Below, piece by piece: positions 48,661-58,170 of a stretch of DNA of 64,000 bases. The stretch is from an uncultured Nitrospirota bacterium. GTDB taxonomy: Bacteria; Nitrospirota; Nitrospiria; 2-01-FULL-66-17. The stretch spans positions 11,842-75,841 of the forward strand of contig CAZMYW010000019.1 in assembly GCA_964570625.1 (NCBI GenBank), given 5' to 3'. The notes under the pieces are model-generated. The model had not been told where the DNA came from, did no database searches, and saw only the letters and a list, made by a program, of their open reading frames with translations. Each line of letters starts with the position of its first letter. Position 1 is the stretch's first letter. A program made the position numbers and the translations under genes.

Positions 48661-49830
48661 ATGCAGGCCATGCTCGAGCGTTCCGGACACTTGGCCATCC
48701 TGCAGCGCCTGCTCCGGCAGTTTCCGGTGGTGGGTTTGATCGGCGCGCGACAGGTCGGCAAGAGCACGCTCGCACGCGCGTTGGTCGAGCGGGCCGGCGG
48801 GCGAGCGGCGTTCTTCGATCTCGAGGACCCCCGAGCGCTGGCGCGTCTCGACGCGCCCATGCTCGCCCTTGAAGGGCTCAGGGGCTTGGTCGTGCTCGAC
48901 GAGATCCAGCGCCGGCCCGACCTCTTCCCGGCGCTGCGCGTGCTGGCGGACCGACCCCGTCGCCCCGCGCGCTTCCTTGTGCTCGGCAGTGCTTCGCCGC
49001 CGCTCTTGCGTCAGAGCTCCGAGACGCTCGCCGGGCGCATCGCCTACCACGAACTCTTCGGGTTCGATCTGTCCGAGGTCGGACCGCGGGCGCTCGAGCG
49101 GCTGTGGCTTCGAGGCGGGTTCCCGCTGTCGTTCACCGCCAGAACGGAGGCGGCAAGCTTCCTCTGGCGCCGACAATTCATCGCGACGTTCGTCGAGCGG
49201 GAGATTTCGGAGCTGGAGCTGCGTCTCTCGCCCGCCGTCATCGGGCGCTTCTGGAACATGCTCGCTCACTATCACGGGCAGACCTGGAACGCGGCCGAGC
49301 TCGCTCGGGCTTTCGGCGTGTCGGAGAAGACCGTGCGTAGCTATCTCGATTTTCTGGTCGCGACGTTCGTCGCGTTTCGCCTGCCTCCCTGGCACGAGAA
49401 CGTCGGCAAACGCGAGGTCAAGGCGCCCAAGGTTTACCTCTCCGACAGCGGGCTGCTGCATGCCATGTTCGGCGTGAGTACGCGCGATGATTTGCTCGGA
49501 CATCCGAAACGCGGCGCATCCTGGGAAGGCTTCGCGATCAGCCAGGTCATCAGCCGCCTCGGCGCCCATCCCCGGGAGTGCTTCTTCTGGGGTCTCCACT
49601 CCGGAGCGGAGCTCGACCTTCTGGTGATGCGCGGGCTGGTGCGCCTGGGCTTCGAGGTGAAACACACGGATGCACCCGAGGTGACGCCCTCGATGCGCTC
49701 CGCGCTCGACAACCTGCGACTGTCCCATCTCTACGTCATCCATGCGGGCAAAGAAACATTCTCGCTGGGACCGAAGATCACGGCATTGCCCCTCGGTCGC
49801 GTGTGGACGGACCTCGGCGAGATCAGGTGA
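48661..49830 (+). CDS. AAA+ ATPase with C-terminal DUF4143 (PD-(D/E)xK-like) domain, copy 1
   Basis: It has a Walker A GARQVGKST, Walker B VVLDEIQ, and ..KAPKVY.., GFEVKHTD (E-x-K). Confidence 0.75.
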   Translation: MQAMLERSGHLAILQRLLRQFPVVGLIGARQVGKSTLARALVERAGGRAAFFDLEDPRALARLDAPMLALEGLRGLVVLDEIQRRPDLFPALRVLADRPRRPARFLVLGSASPPLLRQSSETLAGRIAYHELFGFDLSEVGPRALERLWLRGGFPLSFTARTEAASFLWRRQFIATFVEREISELELRLSPAVIGRFWNMLAHYHGQTWNAAELARAFGVSEKTVRSYLDFLVATFVAFRLPPWHENVGKREVKAPKVYLSDSGLLHAMFGVSTRDDLLGHPKRGASWEGFAISQVISRLGAHPRECFFWGLHSGAELDLLVMRGLVRLGFEVKHTDAPEVTPSMRSALDNLRLSHLYVIHAGKETFSLGPKITALPLGRVWTDLGEIR

Positions 49831-49973
49831 GAGCGCGCGAGGCGCGTCACCTGTCGCCCGGAATCGAGAGCATCCCCTGGACCGAAATTGCCTCCGGTCA
49901 GGTGGACGTGTTCTGACATCGTCGTCATTGACTTCCGTCCGGTAAGCCGTGCTCCACCGTTGTTCCAGCTTCC

Positions 49974-50984
49974 TTACTGCTTTTCGAACGCGAACACGCG
50001 TTTCCAATCCGCCTTCATGTTCACGACCGTCCAGCCCTTCGCCTTCGCCTCGTCGAGCGCCTTGTCCAACTGCCCGACGGATGACGCGCGGTCGTACGCC
50101 CATTCGCGGTCGGCATCGGTGTGGTGGATCAGCCCCATAAAACGCGGCCCACTTCCCGCAGCCGTCCACTGCAGCATCTGCAGGTCACCGTCGGAGTTGC
50201 CGAAGGCCAAGATCGGACGCCGCCCGATGAACTTGTGGATGCCCACCGGCTTGCCGGCCTTGTCGTCGATGAAGTCGATCTCGGGCAGACGCATCAGCAC
50301 CGGCTTGCCGTCGCGTAGATCAAGCTTGGTCTTGATGCTGCTGCCGACCACCTGCTCGGGCGGGATGCCATACACTCTCTCCGTCCACGGCCGCATGAAC
50401 TCGATGCCGCCCCCGGACACGATGAAGGTCTTGAACCCGTTGGCCCGGAGATAGGCCAGCAGGTCAAGCATGGGCTGGTACACCATTTCGGTGTAACGGC
50501 GTTTGGTCTTCGGATGCCGGGCGATCATGATCCAGTCCGTGACAGCCTGCTCGAACTCCTGAGTGGTCATGCCCGCGTGCGTGGCCATCACGATTTCGAG
50601 GATCGCTCGTTCACCACCCGCAAGCGCGCCTTTCACGTCGCCTTTCAGCAGCGAGGCGAACGGCTCCTTGTCCTTCCACTCCGGGTGTTGCGGCGCGAGC
50701 GCCTTGACCCGGTCGAGCGCGAACGCGAGCTGAAAATACATGGGCTGTTCGGCCCAGAGCGTGCCGTCGTTGTCGAAAACCGCGATGCGTTCGGCAGGCG
50801 GGACGAAGTCCGGCGAGCCGTCCTTGGTCACCTTCGCAACGAATTGAGTGACGGCCTTCTTGGCCGCCCCGTCGTTCCACGAGGGAAGCGGATCGGCCGT
50901 CTGCGCGTGTGCAGTCGTCGCAACGGCGCCCATCAGCATGTACGCGAGGGCGGCGATGAGGTTTCGCGTACGGGTGGTTTTCAT
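49974..50984 (-). CDS. HAD-superfamily hydrolase (HAD-IB/PSP-like phosphatase), secreted
   Basis: It has motif I VFDNDGTLW, a C-terminal GNSDGDLQML motif and the signal peptide MKTTRTRNLIAALAYMLMGAVATTAHA (shared module). Confidence 0.65.
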   Translation of the reverse strand: MKTTRTRNLIAALAYMLMGAVATTAHAQTADPLPSWNDGAAKKAVTQFVAKVTKDGSPDFVPPAERIAVFDNDGTLWAEQPMYFQLAFALDRVKALAPQHPEWKDKEPFASLLKGDVKGALAGGERAILEIVMATHAGMTTQEFEQAVTDWIMIARHPKTKRRYTEMVYQPMLDLLAYLRANGFKTFIVSGGGIEFMRPWTERVYGIPPEQVVGSSIKTKLDLRDGKPVLMRLPEIDFIDDKAGKPVGIHKFIGRRPILAFGNSDGDLQMLQWTAAGSGPRFMGLIHHTDADREWAYDRASSVGQLDKALDEAKAKGWTVVNMKADWKRVFAFEKQ

Positions 50985-51203
50985 CGTTGTGTCCTCTCGG
51001 GGTTGGTTGTTACTCGGTTTCTTCGTGCACTTTTTTCCAATCGGTGTTTCATTGCTCCCGATCATGGTGGGGGAATATGCCTTGAAAAGTCGGTGGGATC
51101 AACCGAGTTTTCAAGGTCCAATTTCGACCGAATATGGCATGTCGTTACCCCCACCGCACGCGAAGGCGAGCGCGACGGCGTCGAAGCATGGCCCTGACCG
51201 TCG

Positions 51204-51929
51204 CTACTCTTTCAGCTTGATCGGCTTCACGCGAATGACACCCGCGGTGACGGTGGCTGACACGCCTGCGTCGGTGATGAAATGGACCGAATATCCCTTA
51301 TCCGTTCCAACGTCACCGCTCCCCGCGCCGCCCGCAGCACCTGTCTCTCCAACCTTGGCGGCCGCTTCTGCGCCGGCCTGCGCCTCCCATTCACCCTTGA
51401 TAAAATGCTTGAACTTCTTTTCATCCTGAAAGATCAACACAGGCCGTACGCTTCTCGCTCCCCAGCCTCCACCGATATCGAACCGCTCCATTTTGATGTA
51501 GGTCTTTTCTTCGGTCTTCGTCTCGATCGCCACGCCGTATCCGCTGCCTGCTCCGACAACCGGGATCTTCGTGATCTTGTTGTTCATGATCGCGTAGCCA
51601 ACGGACCTCTCTATCGCTTCCTTGGTCTTCGGTTCCTGCGTGTACAAGTCGGACAGCGTTCGCTCGACCAGCTCGTCGATCGTTTGCTCCTGCTCCGCGC
51701 CTGTTTTGCCGGGCACGCCGGCACAGCCGAACATGCCGACGACAAGGAACCACAGGCTAAAACCGGTCAGTGCGGTTGATCTCAGGTACAGCCTCCTCTG
51801 AGTGGGCGTTAAAGCCGGCACACCCACAAGCGCAGCGGCGATGAGGTCATACTTGTGTGCGGTTTTCACCGTTGTGTCCTTTCGCCAACGAGCGGTGGCG
51901 ATGAGATTTTGTGTGCAGGCGATTTTCAT
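51204..51929 (-). CDS. hypothetical lipoprotein (Gly-rich; SYLF/Ysc84-like?)
   Basis: The 5' end carries a tandem duplicated signal-peptide module; the second start is GTG 51870, [19 protein letters not shown]. It has a lipobox FGCAG. Confidence 0.45.
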   Translation of the reverse strand: MKIACTQNLIATARWRKDTTVKTAHKYDLIAAALVGVPALTPTQRRLYLRSTALTGFSLWFLVVGMFGCAGVPGKTGAEQEQTIDELVERTLSDLYTQEPKTKEAIERSVGYAIMNNKITKIPVVGAGSGYGVAIETKTEEKTYIKMERFDIGGGWGARSVRPVLIFQDEKKFKHFIKGEWEAQAGAEAAAKVGETGAAGGAGSGDVGTDKGYSVHFITDAGVSATVTAGVIRVKPIKLKE

Positions 51930-52357
51930 CGTTGTATCCTTTCGGTGATGTTTCGTGACCTACTTTCCACCGCTCGCATTTCCCGCTCGTTCCGAAGGCC
52001 CGCCATGCACCAAACGGCCATCGCCGCGTGAAGGACCACGGCCGGCCAGAGGCCGATGCCGGAGAGCCCCAAGCCGGTGCCGGTATAACCGAGCACCGCG
52101 ACGGCGCCGGTGTTGTAGAGCAACATGGCCGCGACCAATCCTCCCGCTACGCGGTTCTGCGCGTCGTTGCGCGCCAGCCAGCAGGCGAGTGCCAGCGCCA
52201 GCAGCGCCGCGCCGGCCAACCGGGCCACCACCAAGCCGCCGGGCGTGTCGAGAGATGTACCGAGCAGCACCGACGCCATCACCGATGGCGCGATCATCAG
52301 CCCCAGGCCGGCGCCCAGCTCAATCAGGGCCGTCACGATGAGCAGCGTTCTCATCAC
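51926..52357 (-). CDS. small 4-TM membrane protein (paralog of 53434..53883)
   Basis: 143 aa, hydrophobic. Its stop overlaps the next start (ATGA). Confidence 0.5.
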   Translation of the reverse strand: MMRTLLIVTALIELGAGLGLMIAPSVMASVLLGTSLDTPGGLVVARLAGAALLALALACWLARNDAQNRVAGGLVAAMLLYNTGAVAVLGYTGTGLGLSGIGLWPAVVLHAAMAVWCMAGLRNEREMRAVESRSRNITERIQR

Positions 52358-52502
52358 ATCATACTCAACCTATCGCCCCGTGCCCCTCGAACATCTCGAA
52401 CTTCGGGAGGCACTCAATGGTCATCCTGTGAATTCCAACGGACACTTCCCTTGCCAATTGCCAAATCTCAAGCTTCTTATAGCTCATCACCCACCCTCAT
52501 TC

Positions 52503-52655
52503 GGGATTCGTGATCCGGGATGCGAGATTCGCGATCCGAGATTCGAGATTTGCAGTGCTTGATCCGAGATGCGTGATTCGCGATTCGGAATATCTCGCAT
52601 CCCGCATCCCGTTTCTCGCATCTCGCAACTCGCATCCCGTATCTCGTATCTCGAC
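52503..52655. repeat. ~150-bp imperfect palindrome built from ~11 tandem 7-bp units per arm (GAT[T/C/G]CGN ... NCG[C/T]ATC)
   Basis: Left arm: gattcgt gatccgg gatgcga gattcgc gatccga gattcga ... gatccga gatgcgt gattcgc gattcgg. Right arm: cgcatcc cgcatcc cgtttct cgcatct cgcaact cgcatcc cgtatct cgtatct. It lies immediately 3' of gene 52658..53437. Confidence 0.7.
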
Positions 52656-52657
52656 AG

Positions 52658-53437
52658 TTACTTTGTGAGGGTCAACGGCTGCGTCAACGTCACGTCCGCC
52701 ACCGTACCGGCAGGAACCTTGAGGTTATTTCCTGGTCCCAGCAGCCCCACGCCGGCGCCGATCATGGCCCCTTTGCCGGCGCCAGACCCCCCGTCAACAG
52801 CTCCCCCGATGAGCGCGCCGGCAGCGGCTTTCCGAACAACCTTGCCCCCCTCGCTCTCAGCGCCGATGTGGCCGGTCGCGATCGGCACGAGCTGGTCGTT
52901 GATACTCAAATCGGTGAAGGTCATCATGATCGCCGCCTTGCCGACGCGCCTTCCGCCGATTGATTCCGTCACCGTGCCGAATACCTTGGTCCCCTTGGAG
53001 ACGATGACTGATCCGCCGCTCGCGAGATCGGTGTCCAAGACGCCGGTCACCCGGCTCCCCTTCTTGTGCGACGCCGTGCTCACGTCATGATCCAGCTTGA
53101 CCATGAGCCGCGTGCCCACCGGCAATGTCCCTGCCGCAGTCTGCGCCCCCGGAGCAGGGGTAGGCGCCGCGGGGGCTGGCGCCGATGCGGCGCGAGGCGA
53201 GTTGAAGGTGACGGACATGATGTCGGTGATGGCATAGGTCTGAACCACGCCCCCAGCCTCGACGACGACCGTCGCGTCGTTTCCGCCCTTGAACAATCCC
53301 TGCACGACCCGGCCGTCCTTGAGCATGATGGTATCGGCGCCGGCGGGTCCGGCTGCGAACAGCACTGCGACCAGACCGGTTTGCACAATAGTCCTGATTC
53401 TTTTCCTGTCATAAGCTCCGAGAGAGAACCGGTTCAT
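52658..53437 (-). CDS. hypothetical secreted protein (Gly/Ala-rich C-terminal half)
   Basis: It has a signal peptide and a [11 protein letters not shown] linker. Its start overlaps the upstream gene's stop. Confidence 0.45.
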   Translation of the reverse strand: MNRFSLGAYDRKRIRTIVQTGLVAVLFAAGPAGADTIMLKDGRVVQGLFKGGNDATVVVEAGGVVQTYAITDIMSVTFNSPRAASAPAPAAPTPAPGAQTAAGTLPVGTRLMVKLDHDVSTASHKKGSRVTGVLDTDLASGGSVIVSKGTKVFGTVTESIGGRRVGKAAIMMTFTDLSINDQLVPIATGHIGAESEGGKVVRKAAAGALIGGAVDGGSGAGKGAMIGAGVGLLGPGNNLKVPAGTVADVTLTQPLTLTK

Positions 53438-53883
53438 GGCTGTGCTCCTTTCATGTGGTTCATTCGGTCGCGTTCACCCGCGTGCCGAAGGCACGCAACG
53501 CACCAGCCGGCCATCGCCGCGTGAAGAAGTACTGCCGGCCAAAGACCGACGCCGGAGAGTCCCAAATCTAGACCTGCAAAACCGAGGACCGCAACAGCGG
53601 CCGCGTTATAGAACAGCATGGCCGCGACCAGCCCCATGGTTGCGCGGCTCTGTGGGTCGTTACGCGCCAGCCAGCAGGCGATGCCCAGCGAGAGCAGCGC
53701 CGCCCCCGCCACACGGGCCACCACCACTCCGGGCGTGTCGAGCGATGTGCCGAGCAGCACCGGCGCCAGCACCGACGGTGCGATCACGAGCCCCAGGCCG
53801 GCTCCCAGCTCAATCACTGCGGTCGCGATGAGTAGCGTCCTCACGGGAATATCTGTTTCCAGTCTTGCTTCATATCCCACCAC
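53434..53883 (-). CDS. small 4-TM membrane protein (paralog of 51926..52357)
   Basis: About 70% aa identity to the 51926 ORF (..[32 protein letters not shown]..). Confidence 0.5.
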   Translation of the reverse strand: MVGYEARLETDIPVRTLLIATAVIELGAGLGLVIAPSVLAPVLLGTSLDTPGVVVARVAGAALLSLGIACWLARNDPQSRATMGLVAAMLFYNAAAVAVLGFAGLDLGLSGVGLWPAVLLHAAMAGWCVACLRHAGERDRMNHMKGAQP

Positions 53884-53913
53884 GGTCCCGGCGTTCGCCG
53901 TCGCTTCGCGCGA

Positions 53914-54207
53914 CTATTGGGCCGGAATGGTGATCAAGGGCAGCTTCTCGTTGCCGCCGGTGTCCGCCAGCGTGAAGAAAAACATGATCGCTGTCATCGC
54001 GCGCTTCGTTTGCCGGGCTTGAGCCGCTCCGGCTCCTTCCGCCACTACATCGGGGAATCCTGGACCGTCGGTCCGGCGACGCTGGCGGAGGGCGTTGGCG
54101 GAAAGGGCAACACGGAGCCGTCGTCGGCTGCCTGAGCTACGTCCGCTGTGAGCCAGCACGCAAGCGAGCGCGGCGGCGATGAGGATCGGCGTGTGGGTGG
54201 TTGTCAT
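53914..54207 (-). pseudogene. chimeric gene remnant: shared signal-peptide module + unrelated Arg-rich middle + last 33 codons of the 57009..58133 lipoprotein gene
   Basis: The C-terminal KRAMTAIMFFFTLADTGGNEKLPLITIPAQ is identical to the 57009 gene's C-terminus. About 100 nt are near-identical, including the downstream non-coding region. Confidence 0.6.
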
Positions 54208-54243
54208 GGTTCTGACCTTTCGGTGGTTGGCAGGATTTTCCCA

Positions 54244-55398
54244 TTAGGAGACTCCACGAAGGTGTTTTATCTTTTCAAAATCACATATTGAAATGACCTG
54301 AATGCGTTCACCCAAGTCATAATTTTCTTTCCCAGGGTAAATAACGAATAATTTTTCTAACTTTAAATCATGCACGGCAATTCGCATGGATGGTGTGAGG
54401 CTTGGACGATCACTGAGCTTGATCTCAAAGCCAATTTTTCTTCCATTCTTAAGAAAGAGAAGATCCAATTCCGCCCGATTATGGGTTGCCCAAAAATAGG
54501 CGGCATCCGGTTGTACCTGTTTGAATAAGTCCTCAATCACATATCCCTCCCAGGACATCCCGCGCTTCGAATGATCTCTAAAGTCTTTCTCGTTTTGAAT
54601 TCCAAGCAGCAAGTGTAAAAGTCCTGAATCACGGACATACACCTTGGGCGCCTTCACCTGTCGTTTGCCAAGATTTTCGTGCCATGGCTGAAGCTGACGC
54701 ACCATCAAAAGATGATCCAGATAATCCAGATATTTTCGTACCGTCGGCTGGCTCACTCCGAGCGATGACGCGGGATCAGCCGCGTTCCACATCTGACCAT
54801 GGCTGTGAGCCAGCATCGTCCAAAATCGGCGGAACATTGGCGCCGGTATGTTGAGTCCCATCTGTGGGACATCCCGCTCAAGAAACGTTTGAACAAATTC
54901 CTTACGCCAGGCGTAACTGATTGCATTGGTGCCGGCAAGAAATGACTGTGGAAATCCCCCACGGAACCAATGTGTTTTTAGTTTGCGATGCGTCGCCTCT
55001 TTGAGCGAAAAACCGCTCATGAAAATCGTTTCAACCCTTCCGGCAAGGGACTCGGACGACTGTTTTAAAAGCGCCGGACTTGCACTGCCTAAAATTAAAA
55101 ACTTGGCAGGCAATGGTTTGCGGTCTGAAAGCACGCGCAATAATGGGAACAGCTCCGGTTTACGATGAATTTCATCAATCACGACAAGTCCGCGAAGCCC
55201 CGCGAGCTCCGATTTGGCGTCTTCAAGACGCACCAAATCATCCGTGTCTTCCAAATCAAAATAATTCTTCTTCTCCGCAGATAAAAACTGCCGAGCAAGG
55301 GTTGTTTTGCCGCATTGACGCGGCCCCAGCAACACCACAACTCGGCTACGCTGAATCGCTTTTTGAACGTGTTCGATCAATTGTGGCCGTTTAATCAC
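54244..55398 (-). CDS. AAA+ ATPase with DUF4143 domain, copy 2 (low-GC, probably horizontally acquired)
   Basis: It has a Walker A GPRQCGKTT, Walker B VVIDEIH, KAPKVY and GFEIKLSD. Local GC is visibly about 45-48% against about 62% in the flanks. Confidence 0.75.
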   Translation of the reverse strand: MIKRPQLIEHVQKAIQRSRVVVLLGPRQCGKTTLARQFLSAEKKNYFDLEDTDDLVRLEDAKSELAGLRGLVVIDEIHRKPELFPLLRVLSDRKPLPAKFLILGSASPALLKQSSESLAGRVETIFMSGFSLKEATHRKLKTHWFRGGFPQSFLAGTNAISYAWRKEFVQTFLERDVPQMGLNIPAPMFRRFWTMLAHSHGQMWNAADPASSLGVSQPTVRKYLDYLDHLLMVRQLQPWHENLGKRQVKAPKVYVRDSGLLHLLLGIQNEKDFRDHSKRGMSWEGYVIEDLFKQVQPDAAYFWATHNRAELDLLFLKNGRKIGFEIKLSDRPSLTPSMRIAVHDLKLEKLFVIYPGKENYDLGERIQVISICDFEKIKHLRGVS

Positions 55399-55704
55399 GA
55401 CGGGAGTGTACCATGAAATATGAAACTATATATTTCAATTTTCATTATGTAATTTCACGGACCTGAAACAGCCCCGATCAGAAATCAAACCCCAATGCCA
55501 AATTCAGGCGGACATCATTTTTCTTCGGCACCACGCCGTCGGCCCCCGGGTTGTGGATATGCGGTGCGATCCCAGATTAACGACATGTCGAAATCGAACA
55601 CCCGGGTCAAGGCGGTCAACGCGAAGTTCCCAATCAGCAGAACCGCAGCGAGGCTCGCACGGGTCTTCGTGACATTCGGCAGTTCTTCGCCCTGGCCACC
55701 GCGA

Positions 55705-56895
55705 TCAGAACAATAGGACCTTGATCAGGTAGTCCACGACCTTCTCGAGCGGAACCATCGTCAGCGTGAGCGGCAGCAACGGCGCGGCCGTCACCACGGC
55801 GAGCCGCAGCACCACCTCTTTCCCGAACGGCACCCGCCGCATCTCGCGCACCACCGCGTAGCTGTTCCCGAGGTCGGCCAGCGACTGGATATCGCTGCTG
55901 CCCAACAGGCCCTCGTCCTTCGGCGCGCCTCCGCGGATCCACTTCGCCTCGAATTCCCGCACGTACCGGTTGACCAGCGAGCCGTACTCGCGCCGGCCCT
56001 GCCGCCACGCGCGCGTGAGGTGCGGCGTGAACAGGACAAGCGGGCTGAGGATGACCAGCACGAAGAAGGACACAAAGGCGACGATGTCGAGCTTGAAGGC
56101 CAACAGGCTCTGTCCCTCGAAAAAAATCCGGTTGGCGATCATCCCGGCGAGCAGGACGCCGTGGGCGAACAGGATTGCCTCAAAGGCGTAGGCGGTGTTG
56201 TCCAGAAACCCCATTCCACCGGTTCGATCCGCGTGGGTCGGTACGAGGTGCAGGTTCAATCGCGAAACGCGCCACACAAACCATATCCAGACGAAGAACC
56301 GCAGATACCACTGAAAGAAGATGAACTGAAAAAGCGGAATGCTCACAAAGACGTACCAGGACCCGGCGAGCGTCAGGGTGAGGCCCGCGCCCTCCGGGTG
56401 TGCAGACCAGGTCGCGGAATCAAGCGCGACTTGGGTTCTCCACAGCCACTGTCCCACCGTATAGACGAATACCGCCAACCCGCTTTGCACGATGACCGAG
56501 TTGACCACCCGCATGACCGAGTCGATCGCCGCGCGGAACGCCGGTCGATCTTCGGGAATCACGATGCCCCGGTCCACGAGCTGGTGGACCACGGATTGGA
56601 GCCGATTATGGGAGATCCGATCGGCGATGATCAGCACCGGCAGTGCAAGCAGATATCGGAGGTGCGCCTCGAAGTCGTACAGGAACGGAACCGTGATGGA
56701 GCCGCCCAGCGCGTGACCTTCGAGCGCCGACAGCAGCAGCAGCGGTAGCCACGCGATCAGGGCAATAAGTGCGACTCGTCGCCCCGCACGCCCTAGTTGG
56801 GGATCGGCGACCCCCGTCCGCAGGCACAGCCGATAGAGCGGCCCCTGCACCAGCGAGAACTCGGGCAACTCCTGGGAAGGCTCAGGATGAGTCAT
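55705..56895 (-). CDS. hypothetical polytopic membrane protein
   Basis: It has about 8 TM helices. Its start lies 3 nt downstream of the 57009 gene, so they are probably co-transcribed. Confidence 0.45.
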   Translation of the reverse strand: MTHPEPSQELPEFSLVQGPLYRLCLRTGVADPQLGRAGRRVALIALIAWLPLLLLSALEGHALGGSITVPFLYDFEAHLRYLLALPVLIIADRISHNRLQSVVHQLVDRGIVIPEDRPAFRAAIDSVMRVVNSVIVQSGLAVFVYTVGQWLWRTQVALDSATWSAHPEGAGLTLTLAGSWYVFVSIPLFQFIFFQWYLRFFVWIWFVWRVSRLNLHLVPTHADRTGGMGFLDNTAYAFEAILFAHGVLLAGMIANRIFFEGQSLLAFKLDIVAFVSFFVLVILSPLVLFTPHLTRAWRQGRREYGSLVNRYVREFEAKWIRGGAPKDEGLLGSSDIQSLADLGNSYAVVREMRRVPFGKEVVLRLAVVTAAPLLPLTLTMVPLEKVVDYLIKVLLF

Positions 56896-57008
56896 TCGCG
56901 GCTCCACACACGGTAGGTGATATCGTCCATCATTGATGCAGGTGCCCCCAGGGTCCCGCCTTTCACCGTCGCTTCGCTCGGCACATTCATCTGGTGTGGT
57001 TCGCACGC

Positions 57009-58133
57009 CTATTGCGCCGGAATGGTGATCAAGGGCAGCTTCTCGTTGCCGCCGGTATCCGCCAGCGTGAAGAAAAACATGATCGCCGTCATCGCGCGTT
57101 TCGTTTTCCAGTCGCCGTCATCGATCCAGAACCAATAGTCGCGGTAATACACAGCGGCAAACGCGTCTACCGGCTTGTCCTTTCCGCTGTGAATTCGCAC
57201 CACGTCCCGCCGGGTCTCCGCGGAGGCGTTTTCGAAGTTGGGCAGCGCGCGGTGGGCCTTCAGGTGCGCCTCGGGCACGTCCAGATAGCTGGCGAACGCT
57301 CCCATGATTTGTAGCATCGAGCGGCTGTTGACAGCCAGTTCGCCCTCCGCCCCACGCCCCGGCGAATAGGTGAGCACGAACTTTTGCCCCTCGGCGGGCA
57401 TCTTGAGCAACCGCCGGACTTCTGCCGCCTTTTCCAGGATGTCGGCGGGCACGTCCTCACGCCGGAAGAACACGACGCCGGTTGAGCCTTTGGCCTTGTC
57501 CTCCTCCACGCGCATCCCGACAGCGCCAGCGGCCTGCACCTCGCGCAGCAATTCCAGCGCGCGCACAAACTCCGGGTCCGCCTCCCGCACCGCGCCGCCC
57601 GTCGTCGAACGATTGCGCACCCCGTTGAGCGACTCGACGGTCAGGCCCAGAATGAAGTTCGCCGGGTAACCCGATTGCAGCATAAAGAAAATGTTCTTCG
57701 GATCAATCGGCGTGATCAACCCGCGCAAAAACTTTTCCCCGGTCATCGGCACGTAGGTGATGGTGGGCCGGTCGGTGTAGATGGCCTGCGCCCCCGCCGA
57801 CATAAAATTGCCCTGGATCGCATTTTTGGACGAGACGGTGCCGCCGACGTTCACGCCGGTCTGCAACGAGTAGCCGGCGACGATGGACGCCACGTCCACA
57901 AACACCGGCAGGTCCATGTAGCGCAGCTTGACGATGTTCAGCAGCGTCTGCTGTTTCCACGAATCGGCGATGGCCGTGCTGTAGTCGAAACGGTCCACCG
58001 TCATGGTCTTGGGACCGAGGTGCGTGCAGCCGGCGAACAGCGCCGCCGCGAGACACAGGCTCAGTTTCGTTGCAGCGAGGCCATGGAAGCGGCGCGCGTC
58101 GGCCAGGAGGTTTGGTGTGCGTGTGGTTTTCAT
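57009..58133 (-). CDS. hypothetical lipoprotein
   Basis: It has the shared module MKTTRTPN.. and a lipobox LFAGC. It is about 375 aa. Confidence 0.5.
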   Translation of the reverse strand: MKTTRTPNLLADARRFHGLAATKLSLCLAAALFAGCTHLGPKTMTVDRFDYSTAIADSWKQQTLLNIVKLRYMDLPVFVDVASIVAGYSLQTGVNVGGTVSSKNAIQGNFMSAGAQAIYTDRPTITYVPMTGEKFLRGLITPIDPKNIFFMLQSGYPANFILGLTVESLNGVRNRSTTGGAVREADPEFVRALELLREVQAAGAVGMRVEEDKAKGSTGVVFFRREDVPADILEKAAEVRRLLKMPAEGQKFVLTYSPGRGAEGELAVNSRSMLQIMGAFASYLDVPEAHLKAHRALPNFENASAETRRDVVRIHSGKDKPVDAFAAVYYRDYWFWIDDGDWKTKRAMTAIMFFFTLADTGGNEKLPLITIPAQ

Positions 58134-58170
58134 GGTTGTGTCCATTCAGTTGTTGATTGGTTTGGCCATT

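Noticed and set aside
52503-52655. Possible CRISPR array
   Set aside because: The units are 7 bp with no spacers, and the arms are inverted rather than direct. It is not CRISPR.
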